Part shown: positions 1 through 10,457 of the stretch, piece by piece | How positions within the stretch are numbered: the stretch's first letter is position 1 | Layout of the letters: each line of letters opens with the position of its first letter | Source of the DNA: Escherichia coli | GTDB taxonomy: Bacteria > Pseudomonadota > Gammaproteobacteria > Enterobacterales > Enterobacteriaceae | Direction: 5' to 3' (one strand) | Assembly (NCBI RefSeq): GCF_017348835.2 | Contig: NZ_CP071375.1 | Length of the DNA: 64,000 bases | Notes under the pieces: generated by a model | The model's database searches: none | Told to the model about the DNA's origin: nothing | Seen by the model: only the letters and a program-made list of their open reading frames with translations | Program-made: the position numbers and the translations under genes

Positions 1-320
1 CCTTTCGCCAGATCGCCTTCTTCCGTATCGGGATGCAACTGCGCCACGCTCATTGAGGGCGTGGGTGTGACGTAATTGGGGCTGACCACTTCCAGCAGGC
101 GCTGGGTGAAACGGGGGAATTCAGCGTCAATTTTTAGCTGCGTGCGGGCGGTCAGGAAGCTGAAGGCCTCGACCATTCGCTCTACATACGGATCGGCAAT
201 ATCCGTTCCCTGCATGCCCAGCCGGGCGGCGACTTTGGGATGACGGGCGGCAAATTCGGCTCCCGTTTCCCGCAGATAGCTTAGTTCGCGGTTGTAGTAT
301 TCCAGTAGCCGTGGATCCAT
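1..320 (-). CDS. tssF: T6SS baseplate subunit TssF, N-terminal part only (gene runs off the window start)
   Basis: Reverse-strand translation from the ATG at 320 gives [71 protein letters not shown]..., matching the conserved TssF/ImpG N-terminus. Not in the ORF track because no stop lies within the window. Confidence 0.7.
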   Translation of the reverse strand, partial: MDPRLLEYYNRELSYLRETGAEFAARHPKVAARLGMQGTDIADPYVERMVEAFSFLTARTQLKIDAEFPRFTQRLLEVVSPNYVTPTPSMSVAQLHPDTEEGDLAK

Positions 321-425
321 CGGTCTCTCTCTGAATTAAAAAAACGTAATGCGGCTCTGCTCCATATCCAGCGCGCTACGTACGCGGGTTCAGCCGTAAC
401 CGATGTATCTGGTGCCGCCGAGGAG

Positions 426-2591
426 ATGGCAGAACAGGCAGCGGCGGACCTGTTTGGTGCGTTGCCGGAACCGTCAGGTCTGGTTAAAGCCGCAGTAGCT
501 GCTGCGCAGGCTGCCGCTGCAGCAGCAGGGATCCCGGATATGGCTGGTGCAGTTCAGGATGCGGCGGCGTCGATTGCTGCCGGTGGACCGGGGGCGCATA
601 ACGTCACAGTAAGTGGTAGTGCGGTGCCGCCGCAGCTGCTTTTGTTTGCAGGCATGAATGGTTCGGAAGGGCTTGGAAACCTGTTTTCCTACACAGTACA
701 GCTTAAAACCCCGGATACCCTGAACCTCGGATATGTCTCCCCCGCAGCCAACCTGCCGCTCAAGCCGATGGTGGGCAAAGACCTGTGCGTCAGTATCGAA
801 CTGGACGGCGGCGGCAAACGGCATATCAGCGGGCTGGTGACAGCGGCGCGGGTGGTGGGCTATGAGGGCCGCTCGGTAACGTATGAATTACGCCTTGAGC
901 CGTGGCTGAAACTGCTGACCCATACCAGCGACTACAAAGCGTTCCAGAATAAAACCGTGGTGGATATTCTCGATGAAGTACTGGATGAATATTCCTTTCC
1001 GGTGGAAAAGCGGCTGGTGGAAAATTATCCACCCCGCGCCTGGCAGGTGCAGTATGGTGAAACCGACTTCGATTTCATCCAGCGCCTGATGCAGGAATGG
1101 GGGATTTACTGGTGGTTTGAGCACAGCGAGAACAGCCACACGCTGGTGCTGGCGGATGCCATCAATGGTCATAAAGCGTGCCCTGACTCGCCGCTGGTGG
1201 AGTGGCACCAGGAAGGGCTGAAACTGGACAAGGAATTTATCCACACCATTACGGCCAGTGAGAGGCTGCGTACTGGAAAGTGGGTGATGGACGATTTTGA
1301 TTTTATGAAGCCTCGTTCGCTGCTTAAAAGTACCGTGGCTAGTCCGCGTGATACCGGTCATGCTGAATACGAGCATTATGAATGGCCTGGTGATTACTTC
1401 ACTACGGGCGAAGGCGAGATGCTGACGCGCATTCGTATGGAAGCGCAGCGCAGCCCCGGCAGCCGGGCACATGGGGCAGGTCATATCCGCACCCTCATGA
1501 CGGGTTACACCTTTACGCTGATGAATCATCCAACGGCAGAGGTCAACCAGGAATACCTACTGGTACAGACCACGCTGTTTTTACGGGATAATGCGCAGCA
1601 CAGCGGTCAGGAGCAGCATTTTACCTATGTCACCACGTTTGAACTGCACCCCACCAGCGAAGTTTACCGCCCACAGCGAACCCTAAGCAAACCCCACACC
1701 AAAGGCCCGCAGAGCGCCATCGTCACCGGCCCGGCAGGGCAGGAAATCTGGACGGATAAATATGGCCGGGTGAAGGTGCAGTTTGGCTGGGACCGTTACC
1801 TGTACGATGCGGAACAGCCGTACACGCCGGTGGCCGCCATCACGGGGCGCGGAGAGAGCCGGAAAATCTGGTATTACCACACGGACCTGACGGGCACGGT
1901 ACAGGAGGTGACCGCGCCGGACGGGACGCTGGTGTGGGCGGGCTATCAGGCGGGATTTGGTGAAAACCGGGGCGACATCAGCAACAGCGGGGCGTACTTT
2001 GAGCAGCCGCTGCGGCTGCCGGGGCAGTATTATGATGAAGAGACGGGGCTGCACTATAATCTGTTCAGATATTATGCGCCGGAGTGCGGGAGGTTTATCA
2101 GTCAGGATCCGATTTCGATCCGTGGGGGGCTGAATCTTTACCGGTATGCGCCTAATCCGCTGAGATGGATTGATCCGCTTGGATTAGACTGGAATTATCA
2201 TTTAACAGATAGTGATGGTAAGGTTTATTATCATGGACGTGCAAGTGATAATGCGTCAATGGAAGATGTTGCCCGTCGTCACAGCAATACAACAGGAGCT
2301 GATAAGGCAAGATTTGGAGAAACAGATACCATGACACGAATAACTGAGCCGGGTACGCCAAAATTAACAGCACAAGGTGTGGAAGGTATTGCCATAGGTG
2401 ATAATACTATCGGGCGAAGAGCTGATAACGGTAATAGGGGTCGGGGTAATAATATTCGGGGTGTTAATCCCAATGCAACCAATGCTACTGAAAAACTAAA
2501 TGCGGGTAAAGAATTTTTAAATGGACGAATACCAAGTGAAATGACTGGTGAAACATTGACAGGTAAGGAGTATTTTGAATCAAAATGTTAA
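426..2591 (+). CDS. Chimeric VgrG N-terminal domain fused in frame to Rhs core C-terminus plus C-terminal toxin tip (CT1)
   Basis: 721-aa ORF. Residues ~70-455 carry VgrG motifs ([61 protein letters not shown]). From nt ~1800 the sequence becomes Rhs core ([21 protein letters not shown] ... PxxxxDPLGL, motif at 2172-2186), followed by a ~135-aa AT-rich unique tip. The true start may lie downstream of 426. Confidence 0.7.
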   Translation: MAEQAAADLFGALPEPSGLVKAAVAAAQAAAAAAGIPDMAGAVQDAAASIAAGGPGAHNVTVSGSAVPPQLLLFAGMNGSEGLGNLFSYTVQLKTPDTLNLGYVSPAANLPLKPMVGKDLCVSIELDGGGKRHISGLVTAARVVGYEGRSVTYELRLEPWLKLLTHTSDYKAFQNKTVVDILDEVLDEYSFPVEKRLVENYPPRAWQVQYGETDFDFIQRLMQEWGIYWWFEHSENSHTLVLADAINGHKACPDSPLVEWHQEGLKLDKEFIHTITASERLRTGKWVMDDFDFMKPRSLLKSTVASPRDTGHAEYEHYEWPGDYFTTGEGEMLTRIRMEAQRSPGSRAHGAGHIRTLMTGYTFTLMNHPTAEVNQEYLLVQTTLFLRDNAQHSGQEQHFTYVTTFELHPTSEVYRPQRTLSKPHTKGPQSAIVTGPAGQEIWTDKYGRVKVQFGWDRYLYDAEQPYTPVAAITGRGESRKIWYYHTDLTGTVQEVTAPDGTLVWAGYQAGFGENRGDISNSGAYFEQPLRLPGQYYDEETGLHYNLFRYYAPECGRFISQDPISIRGGLNLYRYAPNPLRWIDPLGLDWNYHLTDSDGKVYYHGRASDNASMEDVARRHSNTTGADKARFGETDTMTRITEPGTPKLTAQGVEGIAIGDNTIGRRADNGNRGRGNNIRGVNPNATNATEKLNAGKEFLNGRIPSEMTGETLTGKEYFESKC

Positions 2592-3463
2592 AATTAACCG
2601 ATGTAAATAAAAATGCATTAAGAATACTTAAAAAATATAACGTGCTGGCAGAAGGTGACATAATAAGAGGTCATCCATTAAGTGAGCGGGATTTGAAATA
2701 TGTTGAGGCGCATTGTATTACAACTGAAGAACGAGCCTTTTTAAATGAAAAAGGTTTGGGGTTCGGATTTATTTCTGTGACTCATGATGAAGCATTAAGA
2801 GATTCGTTTACATATTTTAAATCTTCTAATAAAAATGATGTGACAGCTTCTTTTCTGGTGAGCCTGAGTAGTGCCAGATTAGACTACAGAAGTGGATTGT
2901 CTGCATTTGCAATTATGCAAACAATGCCGATGCATGGCTTTGAACCAAATCAGGCTTCTTTTTGTAAAGTATGTTCCGCAGAAAAATATAAAAAGCATTT
3001 TGATCTAACCAGCTTAAATCAGACTCGTTTCTTTAGTGGTTCTCTAGCAGTCTTTAAAACTCCTTATGAAATTTCTTTTTTTCTGGAGCAACAATCAAAA
3101 TTGGAAGTCGTTCAGCCAACCGAAAAAGATTTCTCTATCTTTAATGCGATTTTGAAAATAATTGTTGACGCAGAATCTGGCGAAAAACTGACATCAATAA
3201 TTAAAAAAATTAGAGCGATTGATGGCTTCAGGATAACTACAGATCAGTGTCGATGTCTTCTGGAAACGCTGGGATTTTGTGGGATTCTGGAAACGAAGGA
3301 ACACAAAGGGTATCTGACTTACTTTACTAATCCTGGACTGGCTCCGAGTAAATCTCATAGTTCTAACTGGGCCTATCCGGTTGATTTCTGGACCGGAGGG
3401 GATGGAATAAATCGCGAAGCGTTAAAATTCTGGTTTGGTGAATATAAAGAAATTGTTATCTGA
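2585..3463 (+). CDS. Putative immunity protein for CT1 (292 aa, no recognised family)
   Basis: Start codon overlaps the CT1 stop (aATGTTAA); AT-rich like the toxin tip; position immediately after an Rhs CT is typical for immunity genes. Confidence 0.55.
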   Translation: MLKLTDVNKNALRILKKYNVLAEGDIIRGHPLSERDLKYVEAHCITTEERAFLNEKGLGFGFISVTHDEALRDSFTYFKSSNKNDVTASFLVSLSSARLDYRSGLSAFAIMQTMPMHGFEPNQASFCKVCSAEKYKKHFDLTSLNQTRFFSGSLAVFKTPYEISFFLEQQSKLEVVQPTEKDFSIFNAILKIIVDAESGEKLTSIIKKIRAIDGFRITTDQCRCLLETLGFCGILETKEHKGYLTYFTNPGLAPSKSHSSNWAYPVDFWTGGDGINREALKFWFGEYKEIVI

Positions 3464-3557
3464 TTAATTATTTTATAAATTTTTAATCGAGGGACGGATG
3501 GAAATCAATGCCGGATCCCCACCAGTACTAACAGGCGAAAATCCGGGAGAACTGATC

Positions 3558-4020
3558 TTACGGTTGAATAAGATCGTCAATAAACACCGCACCGTCAACG
3601 GTACGCAACCAGCGTGGCGCTTTCAGTTTTGCCGCAAAGAACCAGACCAGTTCACAAAGCAGCCCCGTCAGGGGTTGTTCCATTTTAGATCCCTGCGCCT
3701 GTTCCGTCAGGAGCTGGAGTAATACCTCGCAATATTCACACAATTGCTCAGGATCCAGGTCAAAGTGCGGAAATGAGGCAGGCAGGTCGTCGAGTGTCAG
3801 GCTGTCTACCAGATGGGGTGGAATAGGATCGTTCAGCGTGGGAGACAGAATGGCGATACAGGCGCGAAGTCGTCCGAACAACGCCATTTTCAGCGCCGGA
3901 TCGTGACACTCTATAAGGGTTCAGCGAAGCGATCGCAGTGATCGGCCAGGTCTGTGAAATCGGTGGCAGAACTGAAAGGAATGGACAATAAATCATAATC
4001 AGGGGTGAGGACTGTAGCCA
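3558..4020 (-). pseudogene. Hypothetical gene of unknown function, apparently frameshifted
   Basis: ATG at 4020 preceded by a GGAGG Shine-Dalgarno; 36 codons then stop at 3910-3912. A second frame continues as the 109-aa ORF 3558..3887. No family recognised. Confidence 0.3.
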
Positions 4021-4097
4021 TAAGGCAACCTCCGATAAGTAGGCGTTAAAACCACCACCGAAGAGACCAATCTTACGGGTGGTGGAACCGGGCGGAG

Positions 4098-6932
4098 TTG
4101 GTCTTACCGGCCTTATCGGATACCGGCGCATCTTTCGATGCCACCGCCCGGCCCACCATTGAGGTACAGCCGTGCGTGCAACACAAAAAAGACGCTGGCG
4201 CGTCATGTGTCGCCGATAAGACTTATTCAGGAGACCAATCCCGACGCCTGATTTTGCAGACGCGGCATAACGATACAACGATCGCGAAATGGCGACAAAC
4301 CCCTTTCCCGGAAGGCGGCTCGCAAAATCAGAAATATCACAGGGAAAGACAGAGCGCCGCAACGCGGCGGGATGTACCGCTTCACGTACAACGAAAACCA
4401 TTTTCCGGTAGCGGTGGAACTCCCCGGCGAACGCAGGTAACGCTGGAATACGACACCCTGAGCCGGGTGGTGAAAGAGACGGACCCGGCAGGCCGGGTGA
4501 CACAGACGCAGTGGAACGGCAGTTTTGCTGAAATCACGCGCCGGGCACTGGATGACGACCACGTATGGAAGGCGGATTACAACGAACACGGCCAGGTGAT
4601 ACGGGAGACGGACCCGGAAGGGCGCGTCACGCGCTACGGGTATGATGAACAGGGGCTGGCGGTCAGCCGCACGGATGCGCGGGGCGGCGAGGCTGCGCTG
4701 GCGCATGATGCGCGCGGCCAGCTGAGGCGTTACACCGACTGTTCAGGGCGTGCCACGGGTTATGAATACGATGAAGACGGCAACCTGACGGTGGTGACGG
4801 ACGCGGAGGGGAAAACGGTACGTATCCGCTATAACCGTCTGGGACTGCCGGAGACGGTAAATCATCCCGGTAAACAGCAGGACCGTTACACGTGGAACGC
4901 GCTGGGGTTACTGAGCAGCCACCGTCGCATCACAGGCAGTGTGCAGTCCTGGCAGTATACGCCGCGCGGTCTGCTGGCGCTCCACGTAGATGAAGAGAAA
5001 CGGGAGACGCGCTGGCATTATACCGCGGAGGGATGGATTGCCAGTCTGAGCAACGGCAACGGAGCGCTTTACCGGTTCAGTCACGATGCGGACGGACGGC
5101 TGACGGGAGAACAGCGCCCGGACGGTCTGATACGGATGTTTGTGCTGAATGCGGGCGGGTATCCGGTCATCATCCAGACGCAGGGTACAGAAGGCGGGGG
5201 GCGCAATGAACAGCAGGAGCGTGACGCGCTGGGCCGCCTGCTGCGCAGTGACACGCAGCACAGTACACGGACCTTCAGCTACAACCGTCTTGACCAGATA
5301 ACGGAAGTGACGCTCACCCCGACGAAAGAAGGGGAACGGCTGCACCACATGCAGGCGGACACGGTGCGCTTTGCGTATGACCGCAGCGGCTGGCTGACGG
5401 CAGAGCACAGCGTGCACGGCAGCATAAAATATCAGCGTGACGCGCTGGGCAATCCCACCGATATCACGTTGCCGGACGGGCAGCATCTCAGTCATCTTTA
5501 CTACGGCAGCGGACATCTGCTCCAGACGGCACTGGACGGTATCACGGTCAGCGAATATGAGCGTGACAGTCTGCACCGTCAGGTGATGCGCACGCAGGGG
5601 AAACTGGCGACGTTCAGCGGCTACAACGCCGACAACCGGTTAAGCTGGCAGCGCAGTCTGCCAGGTGGCAGCCAGAATCCACAGCAGACCGGTAACCCCC
5701 CGGCGCAGAACGACAGCGTGACGGCGCGGGACTATATCTGGAATGCGGACGGTGAGGTCGGCGGCATCAATGACAAACTGCGCGGTTGCCTGGTGTTCAG
5801 CTATGACCGCAGCGGCTGGCTGACCAGTCGCACGGGTCAGATGTACGACCATGACCATTATTATTACGACAAAGCGGGCAACCTGCTGACGGACGAGTAT
5901 CAGAGCGCGGTGATGGATAACCGCCTGCCGGGCTACGGGCGTGACCGTTACCGCTATAACGAATGGGGCGAACTGACAGAGCGCAGGGACCAGCAACTGG
6001 AGTGGAATGCGCAGGGCCAGTTAACGCGGGTCATCAGCAGCAACAGCGAGACGCGGTATCAGTATGATGCGCTGGGCAGGCGTATCAGCAAGGCGACCAG
6101 CAATCTCCATACCGACCGGGGAGAACGAAGCCGGACAACGTTTGTGTGGGAAGGGGTCCGGCTGTTGCAGGAGACAACGTGGCAGGGAAAGCGGACGTAC
6201 CTGTACGACGCGGAACAGCCGTACACGCCGGTGGCCGCCATCACCGGGCGCGGAGAGAGCCGGAAAATCTGGTATTACCACACGGACCTGACGGGCACGG
6301 TACAGGAGGTGACCGCGGCGGACGGGACGCTGGTGTGGGCGGGCTATCAGGCGGGGTTCGGAGAAAACCGGGGCGACATCAGCAACAGCGGGGCGTATTT
6401 TGAACAGCCGCTGCGGCTGCCGGGGCAGTATTATGATGAAGAGACGGGGCTGCACTATAATCTGTTCAGATATTATGCGCCGGAGTGCGGGAGGTTCGTA
6501 AGCCAGGATCCGATTTCGATCCGGGGTGGTCTGAATCTTTACCGGTATGCGCCGAATCCGATTACTTGGATCGATCCGTGGGGATTGGCAAAGGGGGATT
6601 ATGGTAAAATGCCTACGTTCCCTGGTTGGCAGAAACATCATAATATTCCACAAAATATGGCTACTCATTCGGCAATTGTTGACTCTGGATTTGATATACA
6701 TAATAGTCGTAACATTACAACCTTGCCAAAAACTGGAAGTATAGATACTGCCAGAACAGTGCACAGTGGAATGCACACAGGAGATTATGACAGGATGGTA
6801 AAAAATGCTTTAGATCAAATTGACTCGTTGAATGCTTCCCCTGAGATCAAAAAAATGCATATAGAAGCCTTATCTGATGATATTGGCAATAAATTGAGAA
6901 CAAAACAAATTACGTTAAATGCTGCATGTTGA
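4098..6932 (+). CDS. Orphan rhs fragment (N-terminally truncated core with YD repeats) with toxin tip CT2
   Basis: 944-aa ORF; YD-repeat Rhs core similarity begins near nt 4330 with a frame break just upstream. Core ends at DPWGL (6573-6587), then a ~115-aa tip containing WQKHHNIPQ and a downstream His (HSGMHTGDY), possibly an HNH/AHH-type nuclease. Confidence 0.7.
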   Translation: MVLPALSDTGASFDATARPTIEVQPCVQHKKDAGASCVADKTYSGDQSRRLILQTRHNDTTIAKWRQTPFPEGGSQNQKYHRERQSAATRRDVPLHVQRKPFSGSGGTPRRTQVTLEYDTLSRVVKETDPAGRVTQTQWNGSFAEITRRALDDDHVWKADYNEHGQVIRETDPEGRVTRYGYDEQGLAVSRTDARGGEAALAHDARGQLRRYTDCSGRATGYEYDEDGNLTVVTDAEGKTVRIRYNRLGLPETVNHPGKQQDRYTWNALGLLSSHRRITGSVQSWQYTPRGLLALHVDEEKRETRWHYTAEGWIASLSNGNGALYRFSHDADGRLTGEQRPDGLIRMFVLNAGGYPVIIQTQGTEGGGRNEQQERDALGRLLRSDTQHSTRTFSYNRLDQITEVTLTPTKEGERLHHMQADTVRFAYDRSGWLTAEHSVHGSIKYQRDALGNPTDITLPDGQHLSHLYYGSGHLLQTALDGITVSEYERDSLHRQVMRTQGKLATFSGYNADNRLSWQRSLPGGSQNPQQTGNPPAQNDSVTARDYIWNADGEVGGINDKLRGCLVFSYDRSGWLTSRTGQMYDHDHYYYDKAGNLLTDEYQSAVMDNRLPGYGRDRYRYNEWGELTERRDQQLEWNAQGQLTRVISSNSETRYQYDALGRRISKATSNLHTDRGERSRTTFVWEGVRLLQETTWQGKRTYLYDAEQPYTPVAAITGRGESRKIWYYHTDLTGTVQEVTAADGTLVWAGYQAGFGENRGDISNSGAYFEQPLRLPGQYYDEETGLHYNLFRYYAPECGRFVSQDPISIRGGLNLYRYAPNPITWIDPWGLAKGDYGKMPTFPGWQKHHNIPQNMATHSAIVDSGFDIHNSRNITTLPKTGSIDTARTVHSGMHTGDYDRMVKNALDQIDSLNASPEIKKMHIEALSDDIGNKLRTKQITLNAAC

Positions 6933-6947
6933 ATAACGAGGGAATAT

Positions 6948-7538
6948 ATGATTTATTTTTTATCTGATAAAAAAAATACCTTCGGGTTGTTGCATTATGA
7001 TCATAAAACTTCGATCGACTACACAGTATTTAATGAGGGGGTTAGCATAACAGGAATAGACATTAATATTAAATATACATCAAACAATAAAAATGATTTA
7101 AAACGGCTCGAAAAGTGTAACATTATAGAAACGACAGGTCCGACATTGATAAATAATAAGATTAGACATGTTTTTGAAAAATATGCAAGCAATGCGGTTG
7201 AATTTTTTGATGTAGACATTAACGATGATATAGATTTATCAAGGAAGTTTTGTGCGATTAATTTATTATGGGTCTTACCATGTTGTGATATGGAAAAGAG
7301 TGAATTTACATTAAGTAATTTCGATCTTGCCAATCCTAACTATATGTTTATGTATAAAGTTCTAAAAAATGATATTAATAGAGAGGTGGATATATTTCGG
7401 TGTAAGGAGCAGCATACTGAAATTGTTGTAAGTGAAGGAGTTAAGCAAGCATGTATGGACGCGGGAATTAAAGGATTGCGTTTTTGTACGGCTATTGATT
7501 TAACTCCAAAAAATAGATCTGAGTGTGTATTTATTTAA
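6948..7538 (+). CDS. Putative immunity protein for CT2 (196 aa)
   Basis: AT-rich ORF 15 bp downstream of the CT2 stop, same strand. Confidence 0.5.
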   Translation: MIYFLSDKKNTFGLLHYDHKTSIDYTVFNEGVSITGIDINIKYTSNNKNDLKRLEKCNIIETTGPTLINNKIRHVFEKYASNAVEFFDVDINDDIDLSRKFCAINLLWVLPCCDMEKSEFTLSNFDLANPNYMFMYKVLKNDINREVDIFRCKEQHTEIVVSEGVKQACMDAGIKGLRFCTAIDLTPKNRSECVFI

Positions 7539-7559
7539 TATATATGTATCACGCGGTGC

Positions 7560-9656
7560 GGGTATGACGAACAGTTCCTGCCGGAGACGGTCAGCCACCC
7601 CGGTAAACAGCAGGACCGTTACACCTGGAACGCACTGGGGTTACTGAGCAGCCATCGTCGCATCACGGGCAGTGTGCAGTCCTGGCAGTATACGCCGCGC
7701 GGGATGCTGGCGCGCCATACGGATGAAGAGAAACGGGAGACGCGCTGGCAGTACACCCCGGAAGGGCTGGTTGCCAGTCTGAGCAACGGCAACGGAGCGC
7801 TTTACCGGTTCAGTCACGATGCGGACGGACGGCTGACGGGAGAACAGCGCCCGGACGGTCTGATACGGATGTTTGTGCTGAATGCGGGCGGGTATCCGGT
7901 CATCATCCAGACGCAGGGTACAGAAGGCGGGGGGCGCAATGAACAGCAGGAGCGTGACGCGCTGGGCCGCCTGCTGCGCAGTGACACGCAGCACAGTACA
8001 CGGACCTTCAGCTACAACCGTCTTGACCAGATAACGGAAGTGACGCTCACCCCCACGGAAGAAGGGGAACGGCTGCACCACATGCAGGCGGACACGGTGC
8101 GCTTTGCGTATGACCGCAGCGGCTGGCTGACGGCAGAGCACAGCGTGCACGGCAGCATAAAATATCAGCGTGACGCGCTGGGCAATCCCACCGACATCAC
8201 GTTACCGAACGGGCAGCACCTCAGCCATCTTTACTACGGCAGCGGGCATCTGCTCCAGACGGCACTGGACGGTATCACGGTCAGTGAATATGAGCGTGAC
8301 AGTCTGCACCGTCAGGTGATGCGCACGCAGGGGAAACTGGCGACGTTCAGCGGCTACAACGCCGACAACCGGTTAAGCTGGCAGCGCAGCCTGCCAGGTG
8401 GCAGCCAGAACCCACAGCAGGCCGGTAACCCCCCGGCGCAGAAAGACAGCGTGACAGCGCGGGATTATATCTGGAACGCAGACGGTGAAGTCGGCGGCAT
8501 CAATGACAAACTGCGCGGTTGCCTGGTGTTCAGCTATGACCGCAGCGGCTGGCTGACCAGTCGCACGGGTCAGATGTACGACCATGACCATTATTATTAC
8601 GACAAAGCGGGCAATCTGCAGACGGATGAGCATCAGGGAGCGGTGCCGGATAACCGCCTGCCGGGCTACGGGCGTGACCGCTACCGCTATAACGAATGGG
8701 GCGAACTGACAGAGCGCAGGGACCAGCAACTGGAGTGGAATACGCAGGGCCAGTTAACGCGGGTCATCAGCAGCAACAGCGAGACGCGGTATCAGTATGA
8801 TGCGCTGGGCAGGCGTATCAGCAAGGCGACCAGCAATCTCCATACCGACCGGGGAGAACGAAGCCGGACAACGTTTGTGTGGGAAGGGTTCCGGCTGTTG
8901 CAGGAGACAACGTGGCAGGGAAAGCGGACATACCTGTACGACGCGGAACAGCCGTACACGCCGGTGGCGGCCATCACGGGGCGCGGAGAGAGCCAGAAAA
9001 TCTGGTATTACCACACGGACCTGACGGGCACGGTACACGAGGTAACCGCGCCGGACGGGACGCTGGTGTGGGCGGGCTACCAGGCGGGATTTGGCGAAAA
9101 CCGGGGCGACATCAGCAACAGCGGGGCGTACTTTGAGCAGCCGCTGCGACTGCCGGGGCAGTACTTTGACGAAGAAACAGGGCTGCATTACAATCTGTTC
9201 AGGTATTATGCGCCGGAGTGCGGGAGGTTCGTAAGCCAGGATCCGATAGGGTTGCTTGGTGGGCTGAACTTATATGCTTATGCGCCTAATCCGCTGTCAT
9301 GGATCGATCCGTTAGGTTTGACTCCATGTGCAAATGGGGGGAATGCTAAAAAACATGGTGGCACAGGACATAATAATTTTATTGATAATCTTATTGCGGA
9401 TGCTCGCAGTCAGGGTGCTACAAATATCAGGAAAAACCAATGGCAGGTAGATGTTAATGGAAATGTTGTTGGTAAAAATAGACCGGATGTTCAATTTGAT
9501 TTAAATGGTAAACATTATAATATTGAGGTTGATACAACAATAAAAGGCAGCGTTGGTCACCAAAATACTATACCTACACTTGATCCCAACTCAAGAAATA
9601 CATTTTGGCTAATTGATGACTTAGGGAATATTTTAAATGGCCACTCAACCATCTGA
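7560..9656 (+). CDS. Orphan rhs fragment with toxin tip CT3
   Basis: Rhs core similarity starts ~7560 (ORF-track start 7674). DPLGL at 9306-9320, then a ~110-aa tip with RPDVQF ... NIEVDTTIK, possibly a PD-(D/E)xK-like nuclease. Core is near-identical to the next fragment at an offset of 2586 bp. Confidence 0.7.
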   Translation, partial: GYDEQFLPETVSHPGKQQDRYTWNALGLLSSHRRITGSVQSWQYTPRGMLARHTDEEKRETRWQYTPEGLVASLSNGNGALYRFSHDADGRLTGEQRPDGLIRMFVLNAGGYPVIIQTQGTEGGGRNEQQERDALGRLLRSDTQHSTRTFSYNRLDQITEVTLTPTEEGERLHHMQADTVRFAYDRSGWLTAEHSVHGSIKYQRDALGNPTDITLPNGQHLSHLYYGSGHLLQTALDGITVSEYERDSLHRQVMRTQGKLATFSGYNADNRLSWQRSLPGGSQNPQQAGNPPAQKDSVTARDYIWNADGEVGGINDKLRGCLVFSYDRSGWLTSRTGQMYDHDHYYYDKAGNLQTDEHQGAVPDNRLPGYGRDRYRYNEWGELTERRDQQLEWNTQGQLTRVISSNSETRYQYDALGRRISKATSNLHTDRGERSRTTFVWEGFRLLQETTWQGKRTYLYDAEQPYTPVAAITGRGESQKIWYYHTDLTGTVHEVTAPDGTLVWAGYQAGFGENRGDISNSGAYFEQPLRLPGQYFDEETGLHYNLFRYYAPECGRFVSQDPIGLLGGLNLYAYAPNPLSWIDPLGLTPCANGGNAKKHGGTGHNNFIDNLIADARSQGATNIRKNQWQVDVNGNVVGKNRPDVQFDLNGKHYNIEVDTTIKGSVGHQNTIPTLDPNSRNTFWLIDDLGNILNGHSTI

Positions 9657-10221
9657 TAATAAAAAATTAGTGTTTGCTGTAGTGAACAGTGATTTTAATG
9701 ATATAGAAAGAACTATCCATAATGGATTGAACTGGCCGAGTGAACCAATAAGTAGTCGAAAACTTATTGAGGAAATACACTTGACTATTCAACGTGGTGG
9801 GGTCTTGCCGTCCGAGGGGGTTTTCTATTATCCGTGTATAAATGACAGCAAATTAATTTTTCTGTCTAATTTATCTGATGGATGGGACTCTTTACTTTAT
9901 TGCCTGTCAAAACAGAATAAATCTAGCTATCTACTGTTTAGGTTATTGATGGGGGAATACCCTCTGATGGAAATGAGTTTTATAGAGTCAGGGAAAACAA
10001 TACGTTTAATTAGAGTGATAAAAGAAAATAAATGGATTTTTTATGAGGTCGGGGAACCGTTATGGTTTGAAGAAAAGGAAAACTATTCAAAAAGAAGAAT
10101 CGCAGATAGAATTACTTATGATCTCTTACTCTCCTATTCACGGAAAAATGGCATTGACTTTGATTCCCCCGCATTTTTTAAAACGGAAAAAGAATCACTA
10201 TGGTTGAATGAAATACGATAG
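9637..10221 (+). CDS. Putative immunity protein for CT3 (194 aa)
   Basis: Overlaps the CT3 stop by 20 bp; AT-rich. Confidence 0.5.
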   Translation: MATQPSDNKKLVFAVVNSDFNDIERTIHNGLNWPSEPISSRKLIEEIHLTIQRGGVLPSEGVFYYPCINDSKLIFLSNLSDGWDSLLYCLSKQNKSSYLLFRLLMGEYPLMEMSFIESGKTIRLIRVIKENKWIFYEVGEPLWFEEKENYSKRRIADRITYDLLLSYSRKNGIDFDSPAFFKTEKESLWLNEIR

Positions 10222-10234
10222 TTTATTTAAATAA

Positions 10235-10272
10235 AAAGCCGGAAAAGAAATTAAACTTTCCCGGCTTTTTTA
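10235..10272. terminator. Hairpin plus T-tract, likely bidirectional intrinsic terminator
   Basis: aaagccgg ... ccggcttttttatt between the immunity-3 stop and the convergent SymE-like gene. Confidence 0.5.
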
Positions 10273-10276
10273 TTAT

Positions 10277-10457
10277 TTAACTCTCGTTCAGCACACTAAA
10301 CATCCCGTCCCGCATCCCCTTAACTGCCTGTTTAACCTGATAAAGCTCCCTGCGCAGTTCCTGTACTTCGTTGTTATCCGCAAGCAGGATCAGACATCCC
10401 TCCGAGATCTTCACGGTAACGCCCGTGCCGATCTCAAATCCCGCTTCTCTCAGCCAT
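10277..10457 (-). pseudogene. SymE-like toxin gene, 5'-truncated by the adjacent rhs fragment boundary
   Basis: C-terminal 60 aa (AKWLREAGFEIGTGVTVKISEGCLILLADNNEVQELRRELYQVKQAVKGMRDGMFSVLNES) resemble SymE ([28 protein letters not shown]). Similarity ends where rhs core sequence starts at ~10458. Confidence 0.55.

Noticed and set aside
3760-4503. 247-aa minus-strand ORF spanning the unknown gene and the start of the orphan rhs fragment
   Set aside because: It crosses two unrelated regions, has no recognisable features, and conflicts with the better-supported frames on both strands.
6021-6776. 251-aa minus-strand ORF inside the rhs core, and its relatives at 1683..2054, 4908..5576, 5640..5996, 7641..8150, 8373..8729, 8754..9188, 10434..10736, 10959..11315, 11340..11774
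   Set aside because: They lie antisense to GC-rich rhs coding sequence with clear YD-repeat protein similarity on the plus strand. They recur only because the DNA is repeated, so I treat them as frame artefacts.
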